DNA from: Waterburya sp.
GTDB lineage: Bacteria > Cyanobacteriota > Cyanobacteriia > Cyanobacteriales > Xenococcaceae
NCBI GenBank assembly: GCA_965217895.1
Contig: CBDCJV010000002.1
Coordinates: 3,168,001-3,232,000, forward strand
Length of the DNA stretch: 64,000 bases
Direction: 5' to 3'
Below are positions 1-9,200 of the stretch, one piece after another; within the stretch, counting starts at the first letter, position 1, and every line of letters starts with the position of its first letter. The position numbers and the translations under genes are program-made. The notes below the pieces were generated by a model. That model was given only the letters and a program-made list of their open reading frames with translations. It searched no databases and was not told the DNA's origin.

Positions 1-235
1 TTTTCTAACATTACAAGATAACAACTCCATTCTATTGGTATTAACTATTATTGATACCAGGAAGTAATAAGTAATAATTATTAATGTTCAAGGTTCTGTA
101 GCGATCGCCAAACTTTATTACACTAGCAATATAATCTATCCTTAACTTAAAACTGAGGTATTTTTACTTGCTTGCAAAGTAAAAATTGCAAGTCTAACGT
201 CGCTTTGTTTTAAGCCTTAAGCCTTGTACCAATAT

Positions 236-865
236 TTATAACTTTATTCTGTAATAACCATGAAAAAAATTGCGATAATCTTGCTCATTAACTTTCCAAT
301 CTCCAGATTTGTCAATATCCCATTCTTTATTTTTTATAAAGTAAATAAACTTATCAATCAACTCTTCAAAGGAGTTAGCTAATAATCTTTTCTCATCTTC
401 ATCGCGACCAAATAGAATGACTTGTCCTTTAATGCCTCTAATATCAGGATCGAGATCAATGCCGACATGATTCCCTCCTCCGTCATGAACTAAAGGAATC
501 CATTTATTGTTAGCGTATAAATTTTTAATATGATCTGGTGGATATGAGGACATATCTGCTGCCAATTCTTGATTCATTTCTACTTGAATATCGCTCCATG
601 TTTGCCAGTTTCTAATAATTGATTCAATTGGCAAAAGCTCCCAGCCGAAAAACAATCCTGAAGACGCTTGATTATTGTTTTTACTAAAGGCTATTTCTCC
701 GTCATGTGCTTGATAAAAAGAGAGAACTGATTGGGGCAGTTGCAATTGGGTAAGCGACTCTAAATTATCTATTGCTGAACTGCTTGCTCCATCATTTAGT
801 TGAAAAAAACTCCATAAATTTTTATGTTTAAATATATTACTAATTTCTTGCCAATATTCTTGCAT
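236..865 (-). CDS. SMI1/KNR4 family protein
   Basis: GAS..I..LE...LP....FY..HDG, WIPL.HDGGGNH.GIDLDP...G..GQVI.FGRDED motifs. Confidence 0.85.
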   Translation of the reverse strand: MQEYWQEISNIFKHKNLWSFFQLNDGASSSAIDNLESLTQLQLPQSVLSFYQAHDGEIAFSKNNNQASSGLFFGWELLPIESIIRNWQTWSDIQVEMNQELAADMSSYPPDHIKNLYANNKWIPLVHDGGGNHVGIDLDPDIRGIKGQVILFGRDEDEKRLLANSFEELIDKFIYFIKNKEWDIDKSGDWKVNEQDYRNFFHGYYRIKL

Positions 866-876
866 GATTAAATTAT

Positions 877-1563
877 TTATACTTTATTTTTACGTTGATA
901 AATTAAGGGAATTACAGATAATAAAGCCAAGAAAGTAAGAGCGAGAAAAAGCGAAAGGCGATTGCCTCCAGACATAGCTTCTTCGCCACTGACTCCAATC
1001 CATGTATATGCCAAACAACCAGGTATCACGCCGATAAAAGTAGCGAAAGTATAGTCAAGCCAATTAATAGAAGTTAAGCCAAATAAATAATTGACTAAGT
1101 TGTAAGGAGAAATAGGAATTAAGCGAGTGATTAAAACAAAAGAAAAAGGTCGTTTTAAAACTGCTTTTTGATATTTCGTTAGTCTTTTGCTTTTTTTAAA
1201 CTTACGTTGAGCAAAATCTTGAAATAGATAGCGCGCAGTTAGAAAGGCAAATAAAGCTCCCAAGGTAGCACTAATAATTGAGATAAAAGTACCATACCAC
1301 AAGCCAAAAAGACAACCGCCAACAATAGTTAAAATTGTCCCAGGAACACCGATTATTGTTAACCCAGTATAAATAGCAATAAATATAATTTCTATATGCC
1401 CTTCATATTGGCTGATAAAGTTTTTAAATAAAGTCGGATTGAGAAAAGTTTGCAAGGGCGTAAAAACACAAAGCAGGAAAAATGCTAATAAAGCGATCGC
1501 AATTATTATTGTCTTTTTGGAAACTGCTATTTTTTTAAACCCAAGGCTAATCTTTTTGAGCAT
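877..1563 (-). CDS. TVP38/TMEM64 (DedA/VTT, SNARE-associated) membrane protein
   Basis: PG..L...GG.LFG...G, RL.P..P.N.VNY..GLT motifs; hydrophobic; directly downstream of arsS. Confidence 0.9.
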   Translation of the reverse strand: MLKKISLGFKKIAVSKKTIIIAIALLAFFLLCVFTPLQTFLNPTLFKNFISQYEGHIEIIFIAIYTGLTIIGVPGTILTIVGGCLFGLWYGTFISIISATLGALFAFLTARYLFQDFAQRKFKKSKRLTKYQKAVLKRPFSFVLITRLIPISPYNLVNYLFGLTSINWLDYTFATFIGVIPGCLAYTWIGVSGEEAMSGGNRLSLFLALTFLALLSVIPLIYQRKNKV

Positions 1564-1573
1564 TATTTAATGT

Positions 1574-2566
1574 TTAAACTAGAGAACCGCCACAACTTGA
1601 GCCTGTTCCTGCTGTACACCCATAGCAGTAGTTTGCTGTCTTTATTTCTTTGATTACGTCTAAGTTATTTAGTTCTAAAAGTTTAGCAGCGGTTAATTGT
1701 TCTCGATCGGGAGTAGTAGCTTTAACATTTTCCATTTGGTTAAAGTCGCAATCATAAACGTTACCAAGATAGTCAATCGATAGCTCATTACGACACATAA
1801 CATGGCTTAGAGTAGCAGCATTATAATTACTTTCTAAAAATTGCAGATAGTCATTATGAATTTCTCTTTTTTGTAAAAATTGTTTGGTTCTACCAATGGG
1901 TATATTGGTAATAGTAAATAGATTATTAAATTTGATTTTAAAATGTTTTGCTAGATAGTTTTTGTAGTCCTGTTTTAGATTATGTTGTTCAGGTGTAAGA
2001 GAAAAATTAGTGTTAGTAGGTAGAGGGGGATTGTAAACCAAATCGATAATTAAATTAGGATCTTTTCCATAACCTAATTGATTTAACTTTTGAATTGCAC
2101 GAATCGAATCATTATATACTCCTGCTCCTCTTTGTTTGTCCACATTTGATTCAAGATAGCAGGGAAGAGAAGCAGTAACGCGAAGTTGGTTTCGAGCAAA
2201 ATATTCGGGCAAATCTTCGTATCCAGGCTCAAAAAAGATAGTCAAATTAGAACGAACAATAACCTCTTTATTTTTAGCCTTAGCTGCCTCTACTAACGGA
2301 CGAAATCCATAGTTCATCTCTGGCGCACCACCAGTCAAATCAACTGTTTCAATCTGAGGAAAACGATTAATTAATTCGATTAGCTGTTCACATATTTCGG
2401 GGGATAATTCCTCTGTACGTTTAGGACTTGCTTCAACATGACAATGAGTACAGGCTAAGTTACATTTTCTACCAAGATTAATTTGTAAAACCGTTATTTT
2501 ATCTTTAGCCAGAGGTGATTCTATTTTTTTATAAAAGGGGGTAATAGAAGTTTTAGTTGTAGACAT
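1574..2566 (-). CDS. arsS: arsenosugar biosynthesis radical SAM protein
   Basis: LQINLG..CNLAC.HCHV (CxxxCxxC), DLTGGAPE, ASLPCY, YDCDFNQM, C-terminal CYGCTAG.GSSCGG. Confidence 0.9.
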   Translation of the reverse strand: MSTTKTSITPFYKKIESPLAKDKITVLQINLGRKCNLACTHCHVEASPKRTEELSPEICEQLIELINRFPQIETVDLTGGAPEMNYGFRPLVEAAKAKNKEVIVRSNLTIFFEPGYEDLPEYFARNQLRVTASLPCYLESNVDKQRGAGVYNDSIRAIQKLNQLGYGKDPNLIIDLVYNPPLPTNTNFSLTPEQHNLKQDYKNYLAKHFKIKFNNLFTITNIPIGRTKQFLQKREIHNDYLQFLESNYNAATLSHVMCRNELSIDYLGNVYDCDFNQMENVKATTPDREQLTAAKLLELNNLDVIKEIKTANYCYGCTAGTGSSCGGSLV

Positions 2567-2623
2567 TTTGATTACTATTTACTGTCGATCTATATTTCAC
2601 GAAGATGAGACTAACTACTAAAT

Positions 2624-3259
2624 TTATTTGGGTAATAAAAAATATGCAATACCACTCAAAATTGCTGCAATAGGTAAAGTTAATATCCATGAACTAAGAA
2701 CTTTGGAAAACATTCCTAAATTAGCAGTTTTAGAAACTACACCTACACACCAAGCCTTTTCTATTTTTAAAACGGTGCGAAAATAGTGTAATAAACTATA
2801 CAAAACAATCCCTAATATTATGGCAATTAAAGGACTAACCAAAAGAGGAATAAAAAATGATTTTCCTAAAGCTGTAAAATTCAATTGAGTACCGATCGCA
2901 GCTAGTCCAGCCCCCGTTAATGCCCCCGTGATTCCGTGAGTAGTAGAAATAGGAAACCCAGTCACAGTGGCGAGAATGACGGTTAAGGCTGCGCTTAAAG
3001 CCACTGCCAAATGAAATGACCCCGTATCGGCGATCGCATCAGGAACTAATCCTTTACCTGAGAAGTTTTCTAGTAGGGCATTAGCTAGAATTATCGAACA
3101 AATAGAACCAGCAAAAGTAGTCAAAGTTGCCCACCAAATAGCAACTTTATAGCTAGTTGTCTGACTGCCAAATAATGTTGCTACTCCCTTAAAATTATCG
3201 TTCGCCCCATTAGCATAAGCTAAAAAAACCGTCGCCAAAAAAATAGTAAAAGTCCACAT
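2624..3259 (-). CDS. PiT-family inorganic phosphate/anion transporter, internally deleted (possibly pseudogene)
   Basis: ANGANDNFKGVATL and PISTTH motifs; only 211 aa; second PHO4 repeat missing except the terminal SW..TLP helix. Confidence 0.75.
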   Translation of the reverse strand: MWTFTIFLATVFLAYANGANDNFKGVATLFGSQTTSYKVAIWWATLTTFAGSICSIILANALLENFSGKGLVPDAIADTGSFHLAVALSAALTVILATVTGFPISTTHGITGALTGAGLAAIGTQLNFTALGKSFFIPLLVSPLIAIILGIVLYSLLHYFRTVLKIEKAWCVGVVSKTANLGMFSKVLSSWILTLPIAAILSGIAYFLLPK

Positions 3260-3291
3260 AATTACTGATTATCTACTAGATGAAACTATTT

Positions 3292-3360
3292 GGTGGGCAA
3301 AAAATAGCAAAAAATAGTTTTGTATTTTACCTACTAATAAGTTTTTGTTGCCCACCCTAC
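3292..3360. repeat. REP-like palindromic element (GGTGGGCAA...TTGCCCACCCTAC)
   Basis: inverted ends; second family member at 34093-34154. Confidence 0.75.
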
Positions 3361-3406
3361 AATGTTTAATGCTTAAAATTATCGTTCGCCCCTAGCTGTT
3401 CACTGA

Positions 3407-4612
3407 TTAACAACACTCTCCTGGAGAACAACAATCATCATTGCTAATATCTGTTAGGTTATATTCTGAACCTTTAGTTTCTCTGGCATGACGAATTGCC
3501 TTAGTTTTGCAGTTAAAATCTTGCGCGTCTTCTAAAGGAATACTCTCACAAGGTGCAATACCGATAACATCATCTGTATAAGGACTACAGCAGCTAGTCA
3601 TAATCTTATAGGTCTTATCGCAGACAGCCATTCTTTCTCCACGACAGAAAACATGACCATCATCATCTACAACCTGTTTCCAAGGGCCTTTATAAACTAT
3701 TGACTGCTTTCTTTCTAGACAAATCCCTTCCTTGCCTTTGTATGCCCGAACAGTCATAGAACGAAATTCTACGCCATCGATAACCTGCCAGGGGCTTTCT
3801 TCACGCTTGAGGATTTCTACGCCATAGAAACCTGCATCTTCAAACATCTTGAGAAAGTTGTCTTCTCTAAATGCCCCTGCAATACAGCCACTCCAAAGTT
3901 CGGGATCGTTGAGGATCGTAGGAGTAGGATCTTCATCACATACAATATCCGAAATCACTGCCCGACCACCACACTTAAGAACACGAAAGATTTCGCTAAA
4001 TAGCTGTTTTTTGTCTTGGGGACGAACAAGATTTAAGACACAGTTGGAAATTACCACATCTACACTATTATCGGGAATAAGAGGCTCTTGTTGTCTGAGG
4101 CGATCGCATTCTGCTTCATATTCGGCAATCTTGGCTACTGAGGTAACAGGATTTGCTTGTAACCATATTTGTAACTTATCTAAAGGTAATTTTAAATCTT
4201 GAATTTTACCTTTGACAAATTCCGTGTTGTGATAGCCTAACTTATTTGCCATCTCGCCCTGATATTTCCGCGCCAGATCGAGCATCACCTCGTTAAAGTC
4301 TACGCCGATAATTTTGCCTTTTGCAGCAACTTTTTGCGCCAAAATATAGCAATTTTTACCTGCACCCGAACCTAAGTCAACTACAGTCTCTCCCTCATTG
4401 ACATAGCGAGTAGGATCGCCACAGCCATAATCCTTGGCAATAATTTCTTTGGGCAGTATTTCTGTATAGTTTCCCTCATACTCTGTGGGACAACATAAAC
4501 TAGGCTGCTGTTGTCTTGCACCCTCTTGATATCTTTCTAGTACGGTAGATTCAATATCATAATCTAGGGTGGTTGATGGAGTTGGCTGTTGGTCAGTTGC
4601 AATCTCAGTCAC
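3407..4612 (-). CDS. SAM-dependent methyltransferase, arsenite methyltransferase (ArsM)-like
   Basis: LCCP, YGCGDP, VVDLGSGAG, SNCVLNL, W.GCIAGA motifs, Cys-rich tail CCSPGECC; adjacent to arsS. Confidence 0.8.
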   Translation of the reverse strand: MTEIATDQQPTPSTTLDYDIESTVLERYQEGARQQQPSLCCPTEYEGNYTEILPKEIIAKDYGCGDPTRYVNEGETVVDLGSGAGKNCYILAQKVAAKGKIIGVDFNEVMLDLARKYQGEMANKLGYHNTEFVKGKIQDLKLPLDKLQIWLQANPVTSVAKIAEYEAECDRLRQQEPLIPDNSVDVVISNCVLNLVRPQDKKQLFSEIFRVLKCGGRAVISDIVCDEDPTPTILNDPELWSGCIAGAFREDNFLKMFEDAGFYGVEILKREESPWQVIDGVEFRSMTVRAYKGKEGICLERKQSIVYKGPWKQVVDDDGHVFCRGERMAVCDKTYKIMTSCCSPYTDDVIGIAPCESIPLEDAQDFNCKTKAIRHARETKGSEYNLTDISNDDCCSPGECC

Positions 4613-4852
4613 AGGTGGCTATCCTTTTACTTAACTTTGGCTATATACAGGTTAATCGTAGGGAGTATAGATTCAATCCTTCTTAGTAGATAAATTACTC
4701 CCTGATGATTTAATTTTTTATGTTCTGTTATTCTCTATTATTTAAGTTAACTGAGATTAAAACTTCCTGAGAATATACTTTGGTAAATCTAAAGCTTTTT
4801 CCGTAATTTTGCCATCTTTAATTGGAAATTCTCTATCAAAGGATGATTGATG

Positions 4853-5461
4853 CTAAATATATTTTTGCCATATAGCTAAATCTTCAGGGCGATCCACATC
4901 TGATAAAGTTTTAAGATAATAAGTGTTTAAATTTAATTGAGTGGCGATCGCTTTTGTCTGATTTAGTACTCGATCTGTTCCCCAATTTATATTTGCAAAC
5001 AGTTCGGGTCTAGTACGGTTTAAGCCAATTAAATAATATCCGCCATCGGTTGCCGAGCCTATTACTAAATCTAGATCCGACAATGAATTAAAAGCTGCTT
5101 CTAATATTGCTCGATCAATATCAGGACAGTCAGTACCAATAGTTACGACTCTTTTGCTTCCTAAACTGAAAGCTCGCTCAAACGCCGATCGCATTTTATC
5201 ACCCAAATCTCCTCTAACCTGGGGAATATATTCGAGATCTTTTCCTAACCATTCTGCTATTAGTTGTTTATTCCCTCCTGCAAAATGTACTTCTATGGTA
5301 ATGTCACGGTAAGACTTGAGATTTCTTGCAGTGTTGAGAGTATGTTCGCTCATCTGTCGCTGTAATTCTGCTGCACCTTCTGCATCCAAAGCTGGAATCA
5401 TACGAGTTTTTGTTTTTCCCGCTTCAGGATAGCGACTAAAAATAATTAAAGTTTCCCTCAT
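4853..5461 (-). CDS. TIGR04282/DUF2064 family putative arsenosugar biosynthesis glycosyltransferase
   Basis: P..G..KTR, GDLG..M, IGTDCP, DGGYYLIGL, L.DVD.PEDL motifs. Confidence 0.85.
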   Translation of the reverse strand: MRETLIIFSRYPEAGKTKTRMIPALDAEGAAELQRQMSEHTLNTARNLKSYRDITIEVHFAGGNKQLIAEWLGKDLEYIPQVRGDLGDKMRSAFERAFSLGSKRVVTIGTDCPDIDRAILEAAFNSLSDLDLVIGSATDGGYYLIGLNRTRPELFANINWGTDRVLNQTKAIATQLNLNTYYLKTLSDVDRPEDLAIWQKYI

Positions 5462-5570
5462 GAAATAAGCGGTAATAGGCAGTTGTATAAAAGTCAGTTA
5501 AGGGCGTACAGAAGTCAAAAGTCATACTAATAGGACTTACGCACTCGCCCCCTAAATCCCCCAAGTTTGA

Positions 5571-7012
5571 GGTAGGGCTGTTTCATTCTCTAAAAAAGAA
5601 ATGCGATCGCGAATAAATCTATTCACTACACCTATCAGTGACACAAAGAAAGTAATAATGGCAAATTATAGCTTAAATAACTGATTGCCTCAGTCATAGA
5701 ATCGAAACCATGAACTCTCAGTAGGTTAATAACCCAACTTTTAATCAAAGAGATGTTTGTGGATGCTTTGCCGTGAAGTTGAGGGCTGTTATCTTCTTTC
5801 GTTACGACATCCTTAAACGGCACTCAATACGGCGACGCAGGTTCGCCGTCCGTACCTCCCCAATGCCAACGATTCTCGATACCCCAATGTCGGCCAATAC
5901 CTTGGGGAATAAGCCAAGAAGTTGCTGTTCACAAGTAGCAGATAACAAGTAGCGCAGCCTGGAGGCTGCCGACGTTGCTCCGCAACGGCCAGACGCGAAG
6001 CGCGTCTGCAAGTTCAACCTCTGCCACAGCAAGCAAAGCTTGCAAAGTCGTCGAAGACGACGACATGGAGCGATAGCTCCTGTGTCAGACAAAGGGCTTG
6101 CCCGCATGTATTCAAGAGTTGAATTATTTTTTCACCTTTTCCTCATCAATGAAGAGGCTGCATATCCAACTTCGGAGTTTTTCTTAATTGCTATCTGCTA
6201 TTTGCACACGCTGGAGCGTGTCGCCATCGCGAAGCGATGTCGGCGTTCTCCAGAACGCGCTACTTGCTACTTAACTCCGAAGGAGTTGGGTAAAGAACTA
6301 ATATAATAAGTCGCCGAATCCGATTCGTAATCGTGATTACCTCTTGTTGGCGAACGGAAAATTTTGATGATACTATGAACTCCAACTCATTGAGAATCAA
6401 TGTTTGATGGAGGAGCCAATACTTCTACAGTTCGATGAGTTAGTCGATTTCTCGTCTTCTCGATCTGCTCAAAGCAACTAATCGCCTTTGTACTTGTTGC
6501 TTGAAATTCAACAGCGGAGTGGAATAAGCGCGGGAAACCCACGCATTTCCTCCGCTCAATTTGTCGATGTAATGTTTTTTGATTTCTTTTAACCACAATT
6601 AGGTAGTTATTACCACTGTCGATAATTGCTGAGACTGTTTTTTTTGACAATGTAGAGCATCCATCGTGAACACCACTCCTTTTAAATGCAGCAATTCTAA
6701 TAAGTCTTGCACGGCGACAATCTCACTTTGTTTCTTATTTTCCCTAACTTTTATGCCTAAAATTTCCCCGCCTTCATGAGTCAAAGCCGAAACCATCATG
6801 ACGAAGTTTTGCTGTTGTCCATAACAGTCGTTGACAGTATTTTTCAAACTTTTGCCATCAATTGCAATCCATTCACCTGCTTTTCGCTCATCAGGTATTT
6901 GTTTCAAATAGTCAATTAAGCTTTTATTCCAGTCTTTTAAAGTCATTGAGCGGTTAAATTAGGTTTTATATCAATTTACCGCACTTTAGCTCTAGAATGA
7001 AACAGCCCTACC
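5571..7012 (-). mobile_element. ISAs1-family insertion sequence, degenerate
   Basis: perfect 19-bp inverted repeat ggtagggctgtttcattct (5571-5589)/agaatgaaacagccctacc (6994-7012) enclosing transposase remnants. Confidence 0.9.
5635..6946 (-). pseudogene. ISAs1 transposase pseudogene
   Basis: IAIDGKSL, T.DALHCQK, Y...VK.NQ.TL, YYISSL, HWGIEN.WHW, KDV...ED motifs split by an internal deletion, a frameshift (~6640), a stop (6387) and three insertions. Confidence 0.9.
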
Positions 7013-7109
7013 CAAACTTGGGGGGCTAGGGGGGCAAAACTCGTTAAACTGCGTAAGTCTTAACTAGTTAAATACTAGACTGTTACCAGAGAGAATAATT
7101 AAATTAAAA

Positions 7110-7964
7110 GTGAACTTTTATCTTGGCTGTGCAGTTTGGTCATATAAAGATTGGGTAGGTAACTTGTATCCTCCTAAAAGCCAACCGCGAGATTTTTTAA
7201 AGCTATATAGCCAGCGTTTTACTACGGTAGAAGGAAATACGACTTTTTATGCTGTTCCTTCAGAAGCAACAGTAAAAAAATGGGTGGCACAAACTCCCGT
7301 TGGTTTTAAACTATGTCCTAAGCTAAATCGCCATATTACTCATCAAGGTTTGTTATCTCCTTATATATCTCATGCCTTGAGTTTTTTAGAGAGAATTTCT
7401 GGTTTAAACGATCGCTTGGGGACAACATTTATCCAGCTACCTCCTAGCTATAGTCCAGAAAATTTTGCTGATTTAAGCGAGTTTTTGACCGCCTGTAGCC
7501 AGTCTAATTTATCTTTGGCTTTGGAAGTGCGACACTTAGATTGGTTTAAACAGCAGTATAGCGATCGCCTTAATTCTTTGCTGGCAGAATTAAACATAGC
7601 CAGAACTCTACTTGACACTCGCCCTATCTACAATTGTCCAGACGATCCCCAAATTAATTCCCTCAGAAAGAAACCTGATGTTCCTCTTCAGCAGGTAGTT
7701 ACGGGAAACACTGCTTTTGTCCGTTTTATTAGCCATCCCGATTCGCAATACAATCAGGCTTATCTAAAACAGTGGGCAGCTAACTTAAATAACTGGTTAT
7801 GTCAAGGGAAAACAGTTTATTTTTTCGTTCATTGTCCCCAAGAAGTGCGATCGCCTGATACTGCTAAGTATTTTTACTCTTTATTAAAGGCTTATAACTT
7901 TGATATTCCTGCTTTGCCATGGAATAAGCTTGATCCCCATCCTACGCAATTAAGTTTGTTTTGA
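7110..7964 (+). CDS. DUF72 (YecE-like) protein
   Basis: GCAVWSY..W, VEGNTTFYA.P, QLPP, EVRH..W, YFFVHCP motifs. Confidence 0.9.
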   Translation: MNFYLGCAVWSYKDWVGNLYPPKSQPRDFLKLYSQRFTTVEGNTTFYAVPSEATVKKWVAQTPVGFKLCPKLNRHITHQGLLSPYISHALSFLERISGLNDRLGTTFIQLPPSYSPENFADLSEFLTACSQSNLSLALEVRHLDWFKQQYSDRLNSLLAELNIARTLLDTRPIYNCPDDPQINSLRKKPDVPLQQVVTGNTAFVRFISHPDSQYNQAYLKQWAANLNNWLCQGKTVYFFVHCPQEVRSPDTAKYFYSLLKAYNFDIPALPWNKLDPHPTQLSLF

Positions 7965-8091
7965 TTTTTTTAATTGTAAAAAATTGTAAATTTATAGCAG
8001 AATAGAGAAATATCAAGTTTTATTAAACGTATAATTGTTTTGAATAGAGAAGAAAGTTTACTTTGAATTACTTTGAGCTAGCTAATTCTCA

Positions 8092-8180
8092 ATTTACGAC
8101 TCGATCAAGATATTGCTTAACAGTTCTATAAAAACGATGTTAGGGGTGTTGTTTGGCTGACGACATCCCTAAATTTTTTT
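8092..8180 (+). ncRNA. putative small RNA, copy 1 (conserved core plus intrinsic terminator; 5' end unknown)
   Basis: duplicated at 8423-8510; 12-bp hairpin 8141-8171 followed by a T tract; TATAAT at 8030-8035 upstream; no ORF. Confidence 0.55.
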
Positions 8181-8422
8181 GATGACCTTGTAGAAAATCT
8201 TGAGGCAAAACTCAAAAGCAGACATTGTAAGAATCTACCTTTAGCAAAAGTTTAAAAAACTTAACATTAGCCCAACCTTCGTGGCAGTCAGCAATTCAAA
8301 CCCCTAAATATCTTTATGATTTTTCAGGAGAATGATAAAGTTTGGAGATCGGCGTAAAATAGAGAATATTATAGACTCATTAACAGCAAGAGTTCTAGGT
8401 GGCACTAGTAACTCTAATATTG

Positions 8423-8510
8423 ATTTACGACTCGACTCAAATATTGCTTAACGATTCTATATGGTTGGTATTAGGGGTGTTGTTTGGCTGACAACGCTCC
8501 TAATTTTTTT
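8423..8510 (+). ncRNA. putative small RNA, copy 2
   Basis: shares atttacgactcga, atattgcttaac and taggggtgttgtttggctgac with copy 1; hairpin 8471-8503 plus T7. Confidence 0.55.
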
Positions 8511-8657
8511 GTTTTACGAGCAATTTAAGTTCTTGTAACTAAAATATAGGTTAATTGTAAACTCAACTTCCTGTCTTCAGTAAATATACTAGTTTTTTCA
8601 ACTAATTTGGCTTGTTTATTTTAAAGTTTTGATGAACTTTTCCGTAATTTAGCTTAT

Positions 8658-9179
8658 TTACTTTATCTTAACTTCATTAAACTGAGCAGAAAGACCAGTA
8701 ATGCTGGTTTGTTCGTACTTTTCAAAAGGTTGATGAATCCAAGGATTATCAGGCAGATAGTCAACATAATAATCAGGTATTTTTATCGACGTACTTTTGT
8801 ACCAAATTACAGCAGTGCGAATGTCTACTATGCTTGCACCATATTTTGTAGTCAGCCAGTTCAAAGATTCGGCTAAACTAACCCCAGAGTCAACCAAATC
8901 ATCTACCAGCAAAATGCGATTACCTAAAGGTTGAATCGTCGCCAGATGTTCAGAAAACTTAATTTGACCGCGCTGTTGATTATTGTCTCCCCCATAAGAA
9001 GCAGTAGAGAGAATGGCTAATGGTTGGTCATATAGCCGACAAAGAATATCTCCCACTCTCAAACCACCTTTTGCCAAGCACACAATTTGATTAAACTGCC
9101 AATCTGACCGATATATCTTGACAGCCAGAGTTTCGATTTTATGATGATATTCTGACCATGTAATGTGTAAATCTGTCAT
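8658..9179 (-). CDS. purine phosphoribosyltransferase (Gpt/Hpt-like)
   Basis: LAKGG and PRPP-binding ILLVDDLVDSG.S motif, WI.QPFE. Confidence 0.9.
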   Translation of the reverse strand: MTDLHITWSEYHHKIETLAVKIYRSDWQFNQIVCLAKGGLRVGDILCRLYDQPLAILSTASYGGDNNQQRGQIKFSEHLATIQPLGNRILLVDDLVDSGVSLAESLNWLTTKYGASIVDIRTAVIWYKSTSIKIPDYYVDYLPDNPWIHQPFEKYEQTSITGLSAQFNEVKIK

Positions 9180-9200
9180 GAAAATAGGAATTTAAAGTAA

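Larger units (their letters stand above)
5531..7062. mobile_element. MITE-like element (TAGGACTTACGCA ends) hosting the ISAs1 element
   Basis: taggacttacgca 5531-5543 and tgcgtaagtctta 7050-7062 are inverted with 1 mismatch; inner ccccaagtttg/caaacttgggg arms are also inverted. Confidence 0.7.

Noticed and set aside
236..865. SMI1/KNR4 gene as part of a toxin-immunity locus or of the ars operon
   Set aside because: No toxin gene visible in the window and no functional link beyond co-orientation.
5802..6306. ORFs 5802-6107 (-) and 6040-6306 (+)
   Set aside because: Chance frames across GC-rich palindromic inserts within the ISAs1 pseudogene.
8092..8510. CRISPR array or known riboswitch
   Set aside because: Only two long copies, no repeat-spacer periodicity, no cas genes, and no same-strand downstream gene to regulate.
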